From: an uncultured Actinomycetes bacterium
GTDB lineage: Bacteria > Actinomycetota > Acidimicrobiia > Acidimicrobiales > JACCXE01
Length of the DNA stretch: 64,000 nt
NCBI GenBank assembly: GCA_963718605.1
Contig: OY970363.1
Location: forward strand, 1,795,239-1,859,238
Direction: 5' to 3'
Positions 24,752 to 40,584 of this stretch are shown piece by piece; the first letter of the stretch is position 1; each line of letters begins with the position of its first letter. A model generated the notes under the pieces. That model saw only the letters and a program-made list of their open reading frames with translations, did not search any database and was not told the DNA's origin. The position numbers and the translations under genes are program-made.

Positions 24752-26707
24752 CTATGCGGCGCTGCCGGCGCGATACGCGGCCACGATGTCGGCGACGTCG
24801 CCCATCATCTCGGCCAGCGCGTAATCCTTCGGCGTGTACACCGCGGTAACGCCGCCATCGATCAGCTTGCGCGCGTCTTCGTCCGGGATGATCCCCCCGA
24901 CGATGACGGGCGCGTCAACACCGGCGGCGCGCACCAAGCGGATCACTTCGGGCACCAGTTCGAGGTGGCCGCCCGACAGGATCGACAGCCCGATCACGTC
25001 CACGTCTTCGTCGCGGGCGGCGTCGGCGATCTGCTGCGGCGTGAGGCGAATGCCCTGATAGATCACTTCGAAGCCGGCATCGCGCGCGGCGACCGCGACC
25101 TGCTCGGCGCCGTTCGAGTGCCCGTCCAGTCCCGGCTTGGCCACGAGGAACCGCGGCGGCCCACCGATCAACGCGTTGACCTTGGCCAAGGTCGGCCCCA
25201 TCTCCGCACCCCGGCCTCCGACCGCGCCGCTGACTCCGGTGGGCGCGCGGTACTCGCCGAACACGGAACGCAACGCTTCGGCCCACTCGCCCGTGGTCCC
25301 GCCGGCATGGGCGAGTGCGATCGTGGCGGGCATCACGTTCTCATCGGTACCGGCCACGCGGCGTAACTCGGCCAGCGCCGCGTTCACCGCCGCGCTGTCG
25401 CGCGACGCGCGCCATTCCTTCAACTCTTCCTTCGCTGCGACTTCGACGGCCGGATCGACCTTGAGGATCGCGCCCTCGCCACCGAGCGGCGACACCGCGG
25501 TCTCCTGGAAGCAGTTGACGCCGACGACTTGCTGCTCGCCGACCTCGATGCGCCGGGCCCGCGCGGCCTGCGAGCGCACGAGCCGCGACTTCAACTCTTC
25601 GATGGCCTCGAACGCGCCGCCCAACGCCTGGATCTCGTCGAACTCGGCGAACGCCGCGTCCACCAACTCCGCGGTGCGCGCTTCGATCACGTGCGAGCCC
25701 GTGAAGATGTCGTCGTACTCGAGCAGGTCCGTCTCGAACGCGAGCACCTGCTGCATGCGCAACGCCCACTGCTGATCCCACGGGCGGGGCAGGCCGAGCG
25801 CTTCGTTCCACGCCGGCAACTGCAAGGAACGGGTGCGGGCGTCCTTCGACAGCGTGACGCCCAGCATCTCCAACACGATGCGCTGCACGTTGTTCTCGGG
25901 TTGCGCTTCGGTGAGACCCAGCGAGTTGACCTGCACCGCGTAACGGAACCGACGCGCCTTGGCGTCGGTGACGCCGTAGCGCTCCGAACAGATGCGATCC
26001 CACATGATGCCGAAGGCGCGCATCTTGCAGACCTCCTCCACGAACCGGATGCCCGCGTTCACAAAGAACGAAATGCGCTCGACGACCTTCGGCAGTTCGT
26101 CGGGTGCGACCTGCCCCGAGTCGCGCACGCCGTCCAACACGCCGACCGCGGTGGCCATGGTGAAGGCGAGTTCCTGCACCGGCGTCGCGCCGGCTTCTTG
26201 CAGGTGGTAGCTGCAGACGTTGATCGGATTCCAGCGGGGTACGTGGTTCACCGTGTAGGCGATGGTGTCGACGGTGAGCCGCCGCGACGCCTCGGGCGGG
26301 AAGATGTACGTGCCGCGGGACAGGTACTCCTTGATGATGTCGTTCTGCGTCGTGCCGCCGAGGACCGACGGGTCGATGCCGCGGTTCTCGGCGTTCGCGA
26401 TGTACAACGCGAGCAGCCACGAGGCCGGGGCGTTGATCGTCATCGATGTCGTCAATTCGTCAACGGGGATCTGATCGAACAGCTGCGCGACGTGACCCAG
26501 GTGCACGACGGGCACGCCGACCTTGCCGACCTCACCCGCCGCCTGCGGCGCGTCGGGGTCGTAACCGGTCTGGGTTGGCAGATCGAAGGCGACCGACAGG
26601 CCGGTCTGTCCCTTGGCCAAATTGGTCCGGTACAGCTCGTTCGACGCCTTCGCCGTCGAGTGTCCGGAGTAGGTGCGCATGACCCAGGGGCGATCCGCCA
26701 TACCCAT
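24752..26707 (-). CDS. meaA: B12-dependent acyl-CoA mutase, MeaA/ethylmalonyl-CoA-mutase-like (catalytic and B12-binding domains fused)
   Basis: The N-terminus RPWVMRTYSGHSTAKASNELYRTNLAKGQTGLSVAFDLPTQTGYDPD matches my recollection of MeaA/Ecm better than McmA. The C-terminal cobalamin loop is GLDGHSNGAEQVA (DxHxxG). The substrate assignment is an inference. Confidence 0.8.
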   Translation of the reverse strand: MGMADRPWVMRTYSGHSTAKASNELYRTNLAKGQTGLSVAFDLPTQTGYDPDAPQAAGEVGKVGVPVVHLGHVAQLFDQIPVDELTTSMTINAPASWLLALYIANAENRGIDPSVLGGTTQNDIIKEYLSRGTYIFPPEASRRLTVDTIAYTVNHVPRWNPINVCSYHLQEAGATPVQELAFTMATAVGVLDGVRDSGQVAPDELPKVVERISFFVNAGIRFVEEVCKMRAFGIMWDRICSERYGVTDAKARRFRYAVQVNSLGLTEAQPENNVQRIVLEMLGVTLSKDARTRSLQLPAWNEALGLPRPWDQQWALRMQQVLAFETDLLEYDDIFTGSHVIEARTAELVDAAFAEFDEIQALGGAFEAIEELKSRLVRSQAARARRIEVGEQQVVGVNCFQETAVSPLGGEGAILKVDPAVEVAAKEELKEWRASRDSAAVNAALAELRRVAGTDENVMPATIALAHAGGTTGEWAEALRSVFGEYRAPTGVSGAVGGRGAEMGPTLAKVNALIGGPPRFLVAKPGLDGHSNGAEQVAVAARDAGFEVIYQGIRLTPQQIADAARDEDVDVIGLSILSGGHLELVPEVIRLVRAAGVDAPVIVGGIIPDEDARKLIDGGVTAVYTPKDYALAEMMGDVADIVAAYRAGSAA

Positions 26708-26737
26708 ATGGTCGCATTCTCGTTACCATGTCGTCAC

Positions 26738-27217
26738 ATGGGTGGTTCGATGCTTCTTCGCTTGCTTGGGGTGGTCGCATTTGCCGCTGCGCCCGCCGCC
26801 GCGCTGGAGACCGGTCCAACGCCGGCGATCAGTACGGGCGACGCGATCGCGGTGCCCGCTGACGGAGGCGTCCAGAACACCGGCGGCAACGTCGAAGTCG
26901 GCGAAGGCGAGCACACCTCGACCGTCGTCATTGGTGACCCGTCGGCAGCTCCGGCCCTCGTTCCCGGCACCCTCGCAGTCGTACCGAAACCCGGCATCGC
27001 CAAGGCGCCGGGTGCCGATGCCGTCGCTCGGGCCAAGGCGCTCGTCGACGCAGCCAAGGCTCGGGCCCAGGCGCAGATCGACGCCGCCCGCGCCGCCGCC
27101 GACCGCGCGGTGGAGCAGGCCCACCAGGCCGCCGCTGACGCGCAGGCGCATTCCCAGCAGCAGTCCGATGCTGCCCGGGCGAACGCCGCCGCGGCATCCG
27201 CTCGTTCAAACCCCTAG
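26738..27217 (+). CDS. secreted Ala-rich coiled-coil protein (159 aa)
   Basis: ATG 26738. Signal peptide MLLRLLGVVAFAAAPAAA. The C-terminal half is Ala/Gln/Asp-rich helical sequence. It forms the 3' end of a long shadow ORF lying antisense to meaA. Confidence 0.5.
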   Translation: MGGSMLLRLLGVVAFAAAPAAALETGPTPAISTGDAIAVPADGGVQNTGGNVEVGEGEHTSTVVIGDPSAAPALVPGTLAVVPKPGIAKAPGADAVARAKALVDAAKARAQAQIDAARAAADRAVEQAHQAAADAQAHSQQQSDAARANAAAASARSNP

Positions 27218-27262
27218 CGCGTCGCTAACCTGCACCGCTCAGTCAACGTTTTGGAGAACCGC

Positions 27263-27760
27263 GTGTCGCGCCTGAAGCTTTCCCACCTCGGATGGGCCGC
27301 AGCCGCGGCCGGAGCCGCCACCGTCGCATTCATCAGCGCGGGTGGCTCGACGCCGCTTACGCCGGCCGCCACCCAGCTGGACGCCACGCCCGGCACCGTG
27401 CCCAATGTCGTGCGGCCCACGACGCCAACCTTCGTCACTCCCACCGCACCGCCGCGGCCGGTAATCGTGCGGCCGACCATCCCGACCCGGGTCACCACCC
27501 CTGGCTCGCCGACCACCGTCAACCCCGACAAGGCGCGTCAAGATGCCGAGAAGGACGCCGCCAAGAAACGGGCGGAGGCCGAAAAGAACCGTCAGCAGGC
27601 TGAGCAGGATGCGGCCAAGAAGCGCGCGGAGGCCGAGAAGCAGCGTCAGCAGGCTGAGCAGGATGCGGCCAAGAAGCGGGCCGAGGCCGAGAAGCAGCGC
27701 TCCGACGCCGAGAAGATGCGCAACAGCACCACCACGACCCCGACGACTGCCAAGCCCTAG
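27263..27760 (+). CDS. secreted/anchored protein with Pro/Thr linker and tandem 18-aa charged repeats
   Basis: GTG 27263 sits 5 nt after ggaga. It has a hydrophobic N-terminus (GWAAAAAGAATVAFISAGG) and a PT-rich linker. Three copies of QQAEQDAAKKRAEAEKQR follow. Confidence 0.6.
   Translation: MSRLKLSHLGWAAAAAGAATVAFISAGGSTPLTPAATQLDATPGTVPNVVRPTTPTFVTPTAPPRPVIVRPTIPTRVTTPGSPTTVNPDKARQDAEKDAAKKRAEAEKNRQQAEQDAAKKRAEAEKQRQQAEQDAAKKRAEAEKQRSDAEKMRNSTTTTPTTAKP
27539..27700 (+). repeat. 54-bp tandem repeat, three copies (coding)
   Basis: The units are 27539-27592 (diverged), 27593-27646 and 27647-27700. Copies 2 and 3 differ at only a few positions. Confidence 0.9.
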
Positions 27761-28609
27761 TTAGTAACTGTAAAAACCTTGGCCGCTTTTGCGGCCGAGT
27801 TGCTGGGCGGTGAGCATCCGGCGCAGCGTGGGTGCGGTGGCGTAGTTCGGGTCCTTGTACTCCTCGTAGAGCGCGTCGAGGATCGCCACGCTGGTGTCGA
27901 GGCCGACCAGGTCGAGCAGCGCCAGCGGGCCCATTGGGAAGTTGCAGCCACCCTGCATCGCCGAGTCGATGTCTTCGGCCGAGGCAATGCCGCGCTCGAG
28001 CATCTTCACCGCGTTGTTGAGGTACGGGAACAGCAGCGCGTTCACGATGAAGCCGGCTTCGTCTTTCACGGTGACGGGTGACTTGCCGCAGGCCGTGGCG
28101 AAGGCGAGGGCTTCGGCGATCGTCTCGTCGCTCGCGGTGAGCGGGCGCACGATCTCGACGAGCTTCATCGCCGGCGCCGGGTTGAAGAAGTGGACGCCGC
28201 ACACCTTGTCGGGGCGGCCTGTCTCCATCGCCAGGTCGATGACCGACAGCGTCGACGTGTTGGTGGCGAGGATCGCGCTGTCCTGCACGATGCGGTCGAG
28301 TTCGTTGAAGAGTTCCTTCTTGGCTTCGAGGTCCTCGACGATGGACTCGAGCACCAGGTCGCAGTCCTTCAACGCCGTCAGTTCCGAGGTGGCCGTAACG
28401 CGACTGAGCGCGGCGTCGCGGTCCTCCGCCGTGATCTTTTCTCGATCGACCTGCTTCGCCAACGACTTCTCGAGCGACGCGAGCATCGCGTCGGCGGTCT
28501 CCTGCCGGCGGCTGCGCAACACCACTTCGTGACCCGTCTTCGCCGCTACTTCCGCGACGCCCGAGCCCATGATTCCGGATCCGACAATGCCGACACGCTT
28601 AATGGTCAT
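27761..28609 (-). CDS. hbd: 3-hydroxybutyryl-CoA / 3-hydroxyacyl-CoA dehydrogenase
   Basis: ATG 28609 (MTIKRVGIVGSGIMGSGVAEV, a Rossmann GxGxxG). Typical HCDH N- and C-terminal domains are present. The upstream 67 codons of the ORF-track version were rejected. Confidence 0.9.
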   Translation of the reverse strand: MTIKRVGIVGSGIMGSGVAEVAAKTGHEVVLRSRRQETADAMLASLEKSLAKQVDREKITAEDRDAALSRVTATSELTALKDCDLVLESIVEDLEAKKELFNELDRIVQDSAILATNTSTLSVIDLAMETGRPDKVCGVHFFNPAPAMKLVEIVRPLTASDETIAEALAFATACGKSPVTVKDEAGFIVNALLFPYLNNAVKMLERGIASAEDIDSAMQGGCNFPMGPLALLDLVGLDTSVAILDALYEEYKDPNYATAPTLRRMLTAQQLGRKSGQGFYSY

Positions 28610-28670
28610 GGCGGCGCAGGTTACTTGGCGGTAACGGGGCACTGCCTGGTCGGCCACTACGTTCGTCGCC

Positions 28671-29312
28671 GTGGCCCACCCTCTATTCGCTGCCTGGTAC
28701 GACCGCAGCATGGACCACCTCGACGCGGCCGGACTGGGCGAACGCCGCGAGCGCCTCATCGCCCAGGCCCGCGGGCGCGTGCTCGAAATTGGCGCCGGCA
28801 CCGGCCGCAACCTGCCCTTTTACCGTGACGTGACCGAGGTGGTGGCCCTCGAGCCGGACGCCGCGATGTCCAAACGGCTGCGCGCCCGCGTCGACCAGGC
28901 GGTGGTACCGGTCACCCTCGTGGAGTCGACGATCGCCCAAGCGCGGCTCGCGCCCGCCTCGTTCGACACCATCGTGTGCAGCCTCGTGCTGTGCTCGGTC
29001 GAGGACGTCGACAGCACGGTTCGGCACATAGACGAACTGCTGGCGCCTGACGGCCACGTCCTCGCGCTCGAACACGTCCGGGGGACAGGCTGGCGCGGCC
29101 GCATGCAGGACGCGTCGACTCCGGTGTGGCGCCACATGGCTGCGGGCTGCCGGGCCAACCGGGATCCGATCGACGCGCTGCGCCGCAACGGATTCGCAAT
29201 CACCGACTGCGATCGGTTCATGATGAACCGCACGTTCCCGATCGTGGCGCCGCACATCGCGGCTGTCGCGGTACGAAAGGGAATCCGATCTTTTGAGGGA
29301 GCAAACGAGTGA
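28671..29312 (+). CDS. class I SAM-dependent methyltransferase
   Basis: Motif I is VLEIGAGTGRN. Acidic post-I and motif II-like regions are present. 213 aa. Confidence 0.8.
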   Translation: MAHPLFAAWYDRSMDHLDAAGLGERRERLIAQARGRVLEIGAGTGRNLPFYRDVTEVVALEPDAAMSKRLRARVDQAVVPVTLVESTIAQARLAPASFDTIVCSLVLCSVEDVDSTVRHIDELLAPDGHVLALEHVRGTGWRGRMQDASTPVWRHMAAGCRANRDPIDALRRNGFAITDCDRFMMNRTFPIVAPHIAAVAVRKGIRSFEGANE

Positions 29313-29957
29313 CGGGCTGGTTGGCATTGGTAGGCGGTCACGAGTGGACCGAAGGCTGCCGTCCTATCGACGAGTTGCTGCTCAAGGAGACCGGCGCCAA
29401 GGAGGTGCTGGTGGTCCCGACCGCGGCGGCTTATGAGCAACCCAAGCGGATGGTCGCGGCGGCTACCGATTACTTCGGTGCCCTGGGCGTCAAAGTGAAC
29501 GCACTCGACCTGCTGGCGCGCCCGGCCGCGAGCGACAAGGCGAACGTGAAGGCGGTGAAGAACGCGTCGCTGGTGTACTTCGCCGACGGCTCGCCCCTTC
29601 ATCTGCGGTCAGTGTTGAAGGACACGCCGTGGTGGGACGCACTGGTCGCCGCGTGGAACGACGGCACGGCGGTCGCGGGCACCGGTGCAGGAGCGATGGT
29701 GCTCGGCGATCCAATGGTGGATCCGCGCGGTGGTGCGTTCACGCTCGGGCTTGGCCTCGTGCCGTCGATGGCGTCGATGACCAAGACCGCCGACTGGCAC
29801 CACGAGACCAAGCGTCGAACGATTCAGCTGGCCACAAAAGGCCTGCCGGTTGTCGCGGTCGACGACGCCACCGCAGTGATGCGTTCGCCCAAGGGCAAGT
29901 GGTCAGTAGTCGGCGTTGGCTCCGCCACCGTCTACTGCGACGGCAACGAAGCGGCTC

Positions 29958-29974
<17 letters not shown>
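29309..29974 (+). CDS. peptidase S51 / cyanophycinase-like (type 1 glutamine-amidotransferase-like fold) protein
   Basis: The layout is LALVGG...VLVVPTAAA...LVYFADGSPLHL...GTAVAGTGAGAMVLG. The position normally holding the nucleophile (G-x-S-A-G-A) reads GTGAGA. Confidence 0.6.
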
Positions 29975-30506
<532 letters not shown>

Positions 30507-30508
30507 GT

Positions 30509-31333
30509 CTACTCCTCGGTGATGGTGACTTTGACGATGTGGTGTTCGACCGTGGGTGTGCCCGCCGCCGACCCGTCGTCGTTGATCTTCTTCGCGACGT
30601 CGAGGCCATCGGTGATCGTGCCGAACGGCGAGTACTTCGCCACGCCGCCGACCGCGGCCAGCAACTGGTCGGCGCCGTTCTGGGATACCACCAGGAAGAA
30701 CTGCGAGCCGTTCGTATTCGGGCCCGAGTTGGCCATGGCGATGTCGCCGAGCTTGTACTTGTAGCCGTCCGGGATTTCGTCCTCGAACTGGTAGCCGGGC
30801 CCGCCCGAACCGGTTCCCAGTGGGTCGCCGCCCTGATCGACGAAGTCCGGAATCACGCGATGGAACACGGTGCCGTCGAAGAACTTGTTGCGGGCCAGGA
30901 ACACGAAGTTGTTGACCGTCTTCGGCGACTGCTTGGCGTCGAAGGTGATCGTGATGTCGCCCACATCCGTCTTGACCAACGCGGAGTACGCCTTGCTCGT
31001 ATCGATACACATCTTGGGTGCGGACGGGAAGGAGCGAAACTGCTTCTTGGTCCCCGACGCGGGGGGACAGGTGTTCGGGTCCCCGACCGCCGGGGCCTTG
31101 GCCGACGTCGTGCTTTTCAGAGCGGTGGTGGTCGAACTCTTGGTCGACACCTTTGTGCCGTCGTCGTCGCCACCAAGTGGCCCGAAGAAATACAGCAGCC
31201 CGACAACTACGACGACGGCGGCCAGAATGCCGACGATCTGGTTCCGGCGTTTGGACTTGGCTTGGGCTGCAATCAGGGCCTCTTGGCGGGCCCGGCTGTT
31301 TTCCCGTTGACGTTGTCGCTTGTCGCTTGGCAC
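30509..31333 (-). CDS. ppiB: cyclophilin-type peptidyl-prolyl isomerase with N-terminal membrane anchor
   Basis: Basic N-terminus plus a TM (IVGILAAVVVVVGLLYFF). Then FHRVIPDFVDQGG and IAMANSGPNTNGSQFFL. Confidence 0.9.
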   Translation of the reverse strand: MPSDKRQRQRENSRARQEALIAAQAKSKRRNQIVGILAAVVVVVGLLYFFGPLGGDDDGTKVSTKSSTTTALKSTTSAKAPAVGDPNTCPPASGTKKQFRSFPSAPKMCIDTSKAYSALVKTDVGDITITFDAKQSPKTVNNFVFLARNKFFDGTVFHRVIPDFVDQGGDPLGTGSGGPGYQFEDEIPDGYKYKLGDIAMANSGPNTNGSQFFLVVSQNGADQLLAAVGGVAKYSPFGTITDGLDVAKKINDDGSAAGTPTVEHHIVKVTITEE

Positions 31334-31403
31334 GGCGGCGAAAGCTACACGGTCTGTTTATCCACTTCGAAGGCGGGGGGTCGACGCTTGTACCCTTTAC
31401 GCC

Positions 31404-34038
<2,635 letters not shown>

Positions 34039-34042
<4 letters not shown>

Positions 34043-34353
34043 TGTGCGATCGCCACGACCGCGGCGATGTTCGCAGCCACACTCACCGGCACACTCCACG
34101 TAACCCACCGCACAGCGGCGATGGCCCCGGGTTCGTCCGCGTAGTCGCGTGCAAGTTGGCGCGCGAGGTCGAGGCCGCCGAGCGCAAAGCCCGGGTGCAC
34201 AACGCCGAGCGCGCCACAGCTTTTGGCAAGACCGCGGTAGCGAGAGCGACTCGAGGGTGACGGCGCGTTGGCGACCGCGTCCGCCGCGCTCGCCCAGAGG
34301 AGAAACAGCGGGATACCGAAGCCCGCGTAGTACAGCACTAAGTAATTGGTCAT
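34039..34353 (-). CDS. hypothetical small membrane protein (104 aa)
   Basis: Hydrophobic N- and C-terminal segments. A 4-nt overlap with the downstream gene suggests translational coupling. Confidence 0.4.
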
Positions 34354-34452
34354 CGAAGGCTCTTTCTTGTCGAAGGTCGCGACGCGCGTGTCGACGCGGG
34401 CGCGGAAGGCCGCATGCGCCGCAATGGCGGCGGGCGACGAAGGAAGCGCGAG

Positions 34453-34845
34453 CTAGCTGAGAGCGGCCGAGGCGGGCGGAGCCCGGCCAGGCACCGGGCC
34501 GACACCAGCGGTGCGGGTCCGGATCGCGTTCTCCACGACAGCGTCCAAGGGGCGTGCGCGTTGCAAACGCGTGAGTGCACGCGGAGTGCCTGCAAAAACG
34601 CCTTCGATGGCGGCGCGGATGCCGTTCGTTGGGTCGAGCCGAGCGAACGAGGTGAGGCTGGTGTGATCGCCGTTGCTCAAGACCGCGAGGGGTGCGTCGC
34701 CCGAATCCGACGTCACAATGAGTCGGGCGGCGGACCACGGCGACGGGGTGGCGGTCGGCTGAGCATGGAAGGCGGACCACCCGCTGACGCTCATCGCGAT
34801 CGCGACGACGGCGGCAAACGCCACAGAGAGAGGTCGCCGCGTCAC
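34453..34845 (-). CDS. hypothetical secreted protein (130 aa)
   Basis: Signal-peptide-like N-terminus (LSVAFAAVVAIAMSVSGWSAFHA). The start overlaps the stop of the upstream antiporter gene by 4 nt. Confidence 0.45.
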   Translation of the reverse strand: MTRRPLSVAFAAVVAIAMSVSGWSAFHAQPTATPSPWSAARLIVTSDSGDAPLAVLSNGDHTSLTSFARLDPTNGIRAAIEGVFAGTPRALTRLQRARPLDAVVENAIRTRTAGVGPVPGRAPPASAALS

Positions 34846-36017
34846 GCGCTGGAGGGTACCTCGCGCCGGTCAGCAAACTTTGCGGCGAGCGGACCAGCGA
34901 TCGCGGACATGAGCACGTAACAGGCCGCGAGCGCGCCGAGCTCGGGGCCGTGCGCGGTATCGACGCCGAGGCTCGCGATCACCACCGAGAACTCGCCGCG
35001 AGCAAGCAAGGCCGTCCCCGCGCGTAGGCGCGCGGTGCTGGAGAGCCCTTGCGATGCCGTGGCGACGCGACCCACGAGCAACTTCCCAGCGCCGGTGACG
35101 ACCAACAGCGCCGCCGCCGGAATCACGAGGGTCGCCAGGTCGCTGACGTCGATCTGGAAGGAGAAAAACAGGAAGAACGTGGCCGCGAACAGATCGCGCA
35201 GGGGTCGGATAAGCGAATGCGCGCGTGACTGCACCGTCCCAGAGAGAGCAAGCCCGACGAGAAACGCACCGATCGCGGCCGACACGTGGACGCGCTGGGC
35301 CAAACCGCCGACCAGCAGCGTGAGGCCAAAAACGGACAGCAAGAGTGACTCGTCTGACCCGGCAGCGAGCAGGCGGCTGAGGCGTTGACCCCAGCGCAGT
35401 GCGGCGGTGAGCGTGAAGGCGACGGTGCCGAGCGCGATCGTCACGGCGACGACGGTCGCGGTCGGGCTTTGGCGCGCCACCAACGCTCCCACGATCGGTA
35501 GATACGCCGCCATCGCCAAGTCCTCGAAGACGAGCAGGTTGAGAACCGCCGGCGTCTCCGGGTTGCTCGTCCAGTCGAAGTCACTCAGGATGCGCGACGT
35601 CACGCCTGACGAACTGACCCAGCACACGCCTCCGAGTAACACGGCGACGGTGACGCTCCACCCCAAAACCAGACCGGCGACAAATCCGGGCGTGAAGTTG
35701 ATTACCGCATCAGCTACTCCGGCGATTACTCCGCCCCTGAGGCCGCGCCGCAGTTCGTCGGCGCTGTACTCAAGCCCGAGCGTCAGTAAGAGCAGCAGCA
35801 CCCCGATCTCCGCTGCCAGCGAGATGAAGTGCGCGCTTACGTCGAGTTGGGCGACGCCGCCCTTGCCCACCGCGAGTCCGGCGACCAGATAAAAGGGAAC
35901 CGCCGGAATCCCGATCCGCGACGCCAGCCGCGCGAGACCCGACAACGCCACCACGACGGCGCCCAGTTCGATGAATGCAAGCGATGTTTCCGGGTCAACG
36001 GCGCCGATGAGGGTCAC
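34842..36017 (-). CDS. cation:proton antiporter (CPA2/Kef-type Na_H_Exchanger), membrane domain only
   Basis: 391 aa, polytopic throughout. N-terminal sequence is IELGAVVVALSGLARLASRIGIPAVPFYLVAGLAVGKGG. There is no RCK tail. Confidence 0.85.
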   Translation of the reverse strand: MTLIGAVDPETSLAFIELGAVVVALSGLARLASRIGIPAVPFYLVAGLAVGKGGVAQLDVSAHFISLAAEIGVLLLLLTLGLEYSADELRRGLRGGVIAGVADAVINFTPGFVAGLVLGWSVTVAVLLGGVCWVSSSGVTSRILSDFDWTSNPETPAVLNLLVFEDLAMAAYLPIVGALVARQSPTATVVAVTIALGTVAFTLTAALRWGQRLSRLLAAGSDESLLLSVFGLTLLVGGLAQRVHVSAAIGAFLVGLALSGTVQSRAHSLIRPLRDLFAATFFLFFSFQIDVSDLATLVIPAAALLVVTGAGKLLVGRVATASQGLSSTARLRAGTALLARGEFSVVIASLGVDTAHGPELGALAACYVLMSAIAGPLAAKFADRREVPSSA

Positions 36018-36178
36018 GCTTAAGTCTGACCGGCTGTCCGCGCCACAGATTGAATTAAGGCCGCGCTACCAAGGGGACCTCCAGCCCTCAGCGCGCCCTC
36101 CCGCTCTCTGTCAACGATCTGACGTAATAATGACCTCCGCGCGCTAGCGCGGTCGTCCCCCAATTGGTGCTTTCTTCT

Positions 36179-36197
36179 GCGGCGCGTTGCGCGCCGC
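36179..36197 (+). promoter_or_regulatory. GC stem-loop in the presumed amt 5' leader
   Basis: The sequence gcggcgcg-ttg-cgcgccgc forms an 8-bp perfect stem. It sits 26 nt upstream of GTG 36223. A 12-nt palindrome cgcgctagcgcg lies at 36140-36151. Function unknown. Confidence 0.3.
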
Positions 36198-36222
36198 CTT
36201 ACAAATACTGGAGGTCTGTCTC

Positions 36223-40507
<4,285 letters not shown>

Positions 40508-40525
40508 ATGGGTCCTTACGCGTAG

Positions 40526-40567
40526 CGGACGCGGGCGGCGCAGCCGAAGCTGCGCCACCCGCGTCCG
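40526..40567 (-). other. 19-bp GC-rich stem-loop between amt copy 2 and the antiporter-fusion gene
   Basis: The sequence is cggacgcgggcggcgcagc-cgaa-gctgcgccacccgcgtccg, with one mismatch. No U-tract follows on the minus-strand transcript. Confidence 0.6.
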
Positions 40568-40584
40568 TCGAACGCGAGCGTTGC

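Noticed and set aside
25529-27217. 562-aa ORF on the plus strand
   Set aside because: Most of it is antisense to the well-supported meaA-like mutase gene. Its composition is Arg/Ala/Gly/His-rich shadow-ORF sequence with no motifs. Only its last 160 codons (26738..27217, beyond meaA) look like a real secreted protein, and I annotated those separately.
27539-27700. Regular 54-bp repeats considered as a possible CRISPR-like array
   Set aside because: The units are directly adjacent with no spacers, they are in frame inside a CDS, and they encode a charged helical repeat. No cas genes are nearby.
36018-36222. Search for a GlnR-type box upstream of amt copy 1
   Set aside because: The best candidate (gtcaa-cgatct-gacgt...) fails the conserved GAAAC half-sites. 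No site was called.
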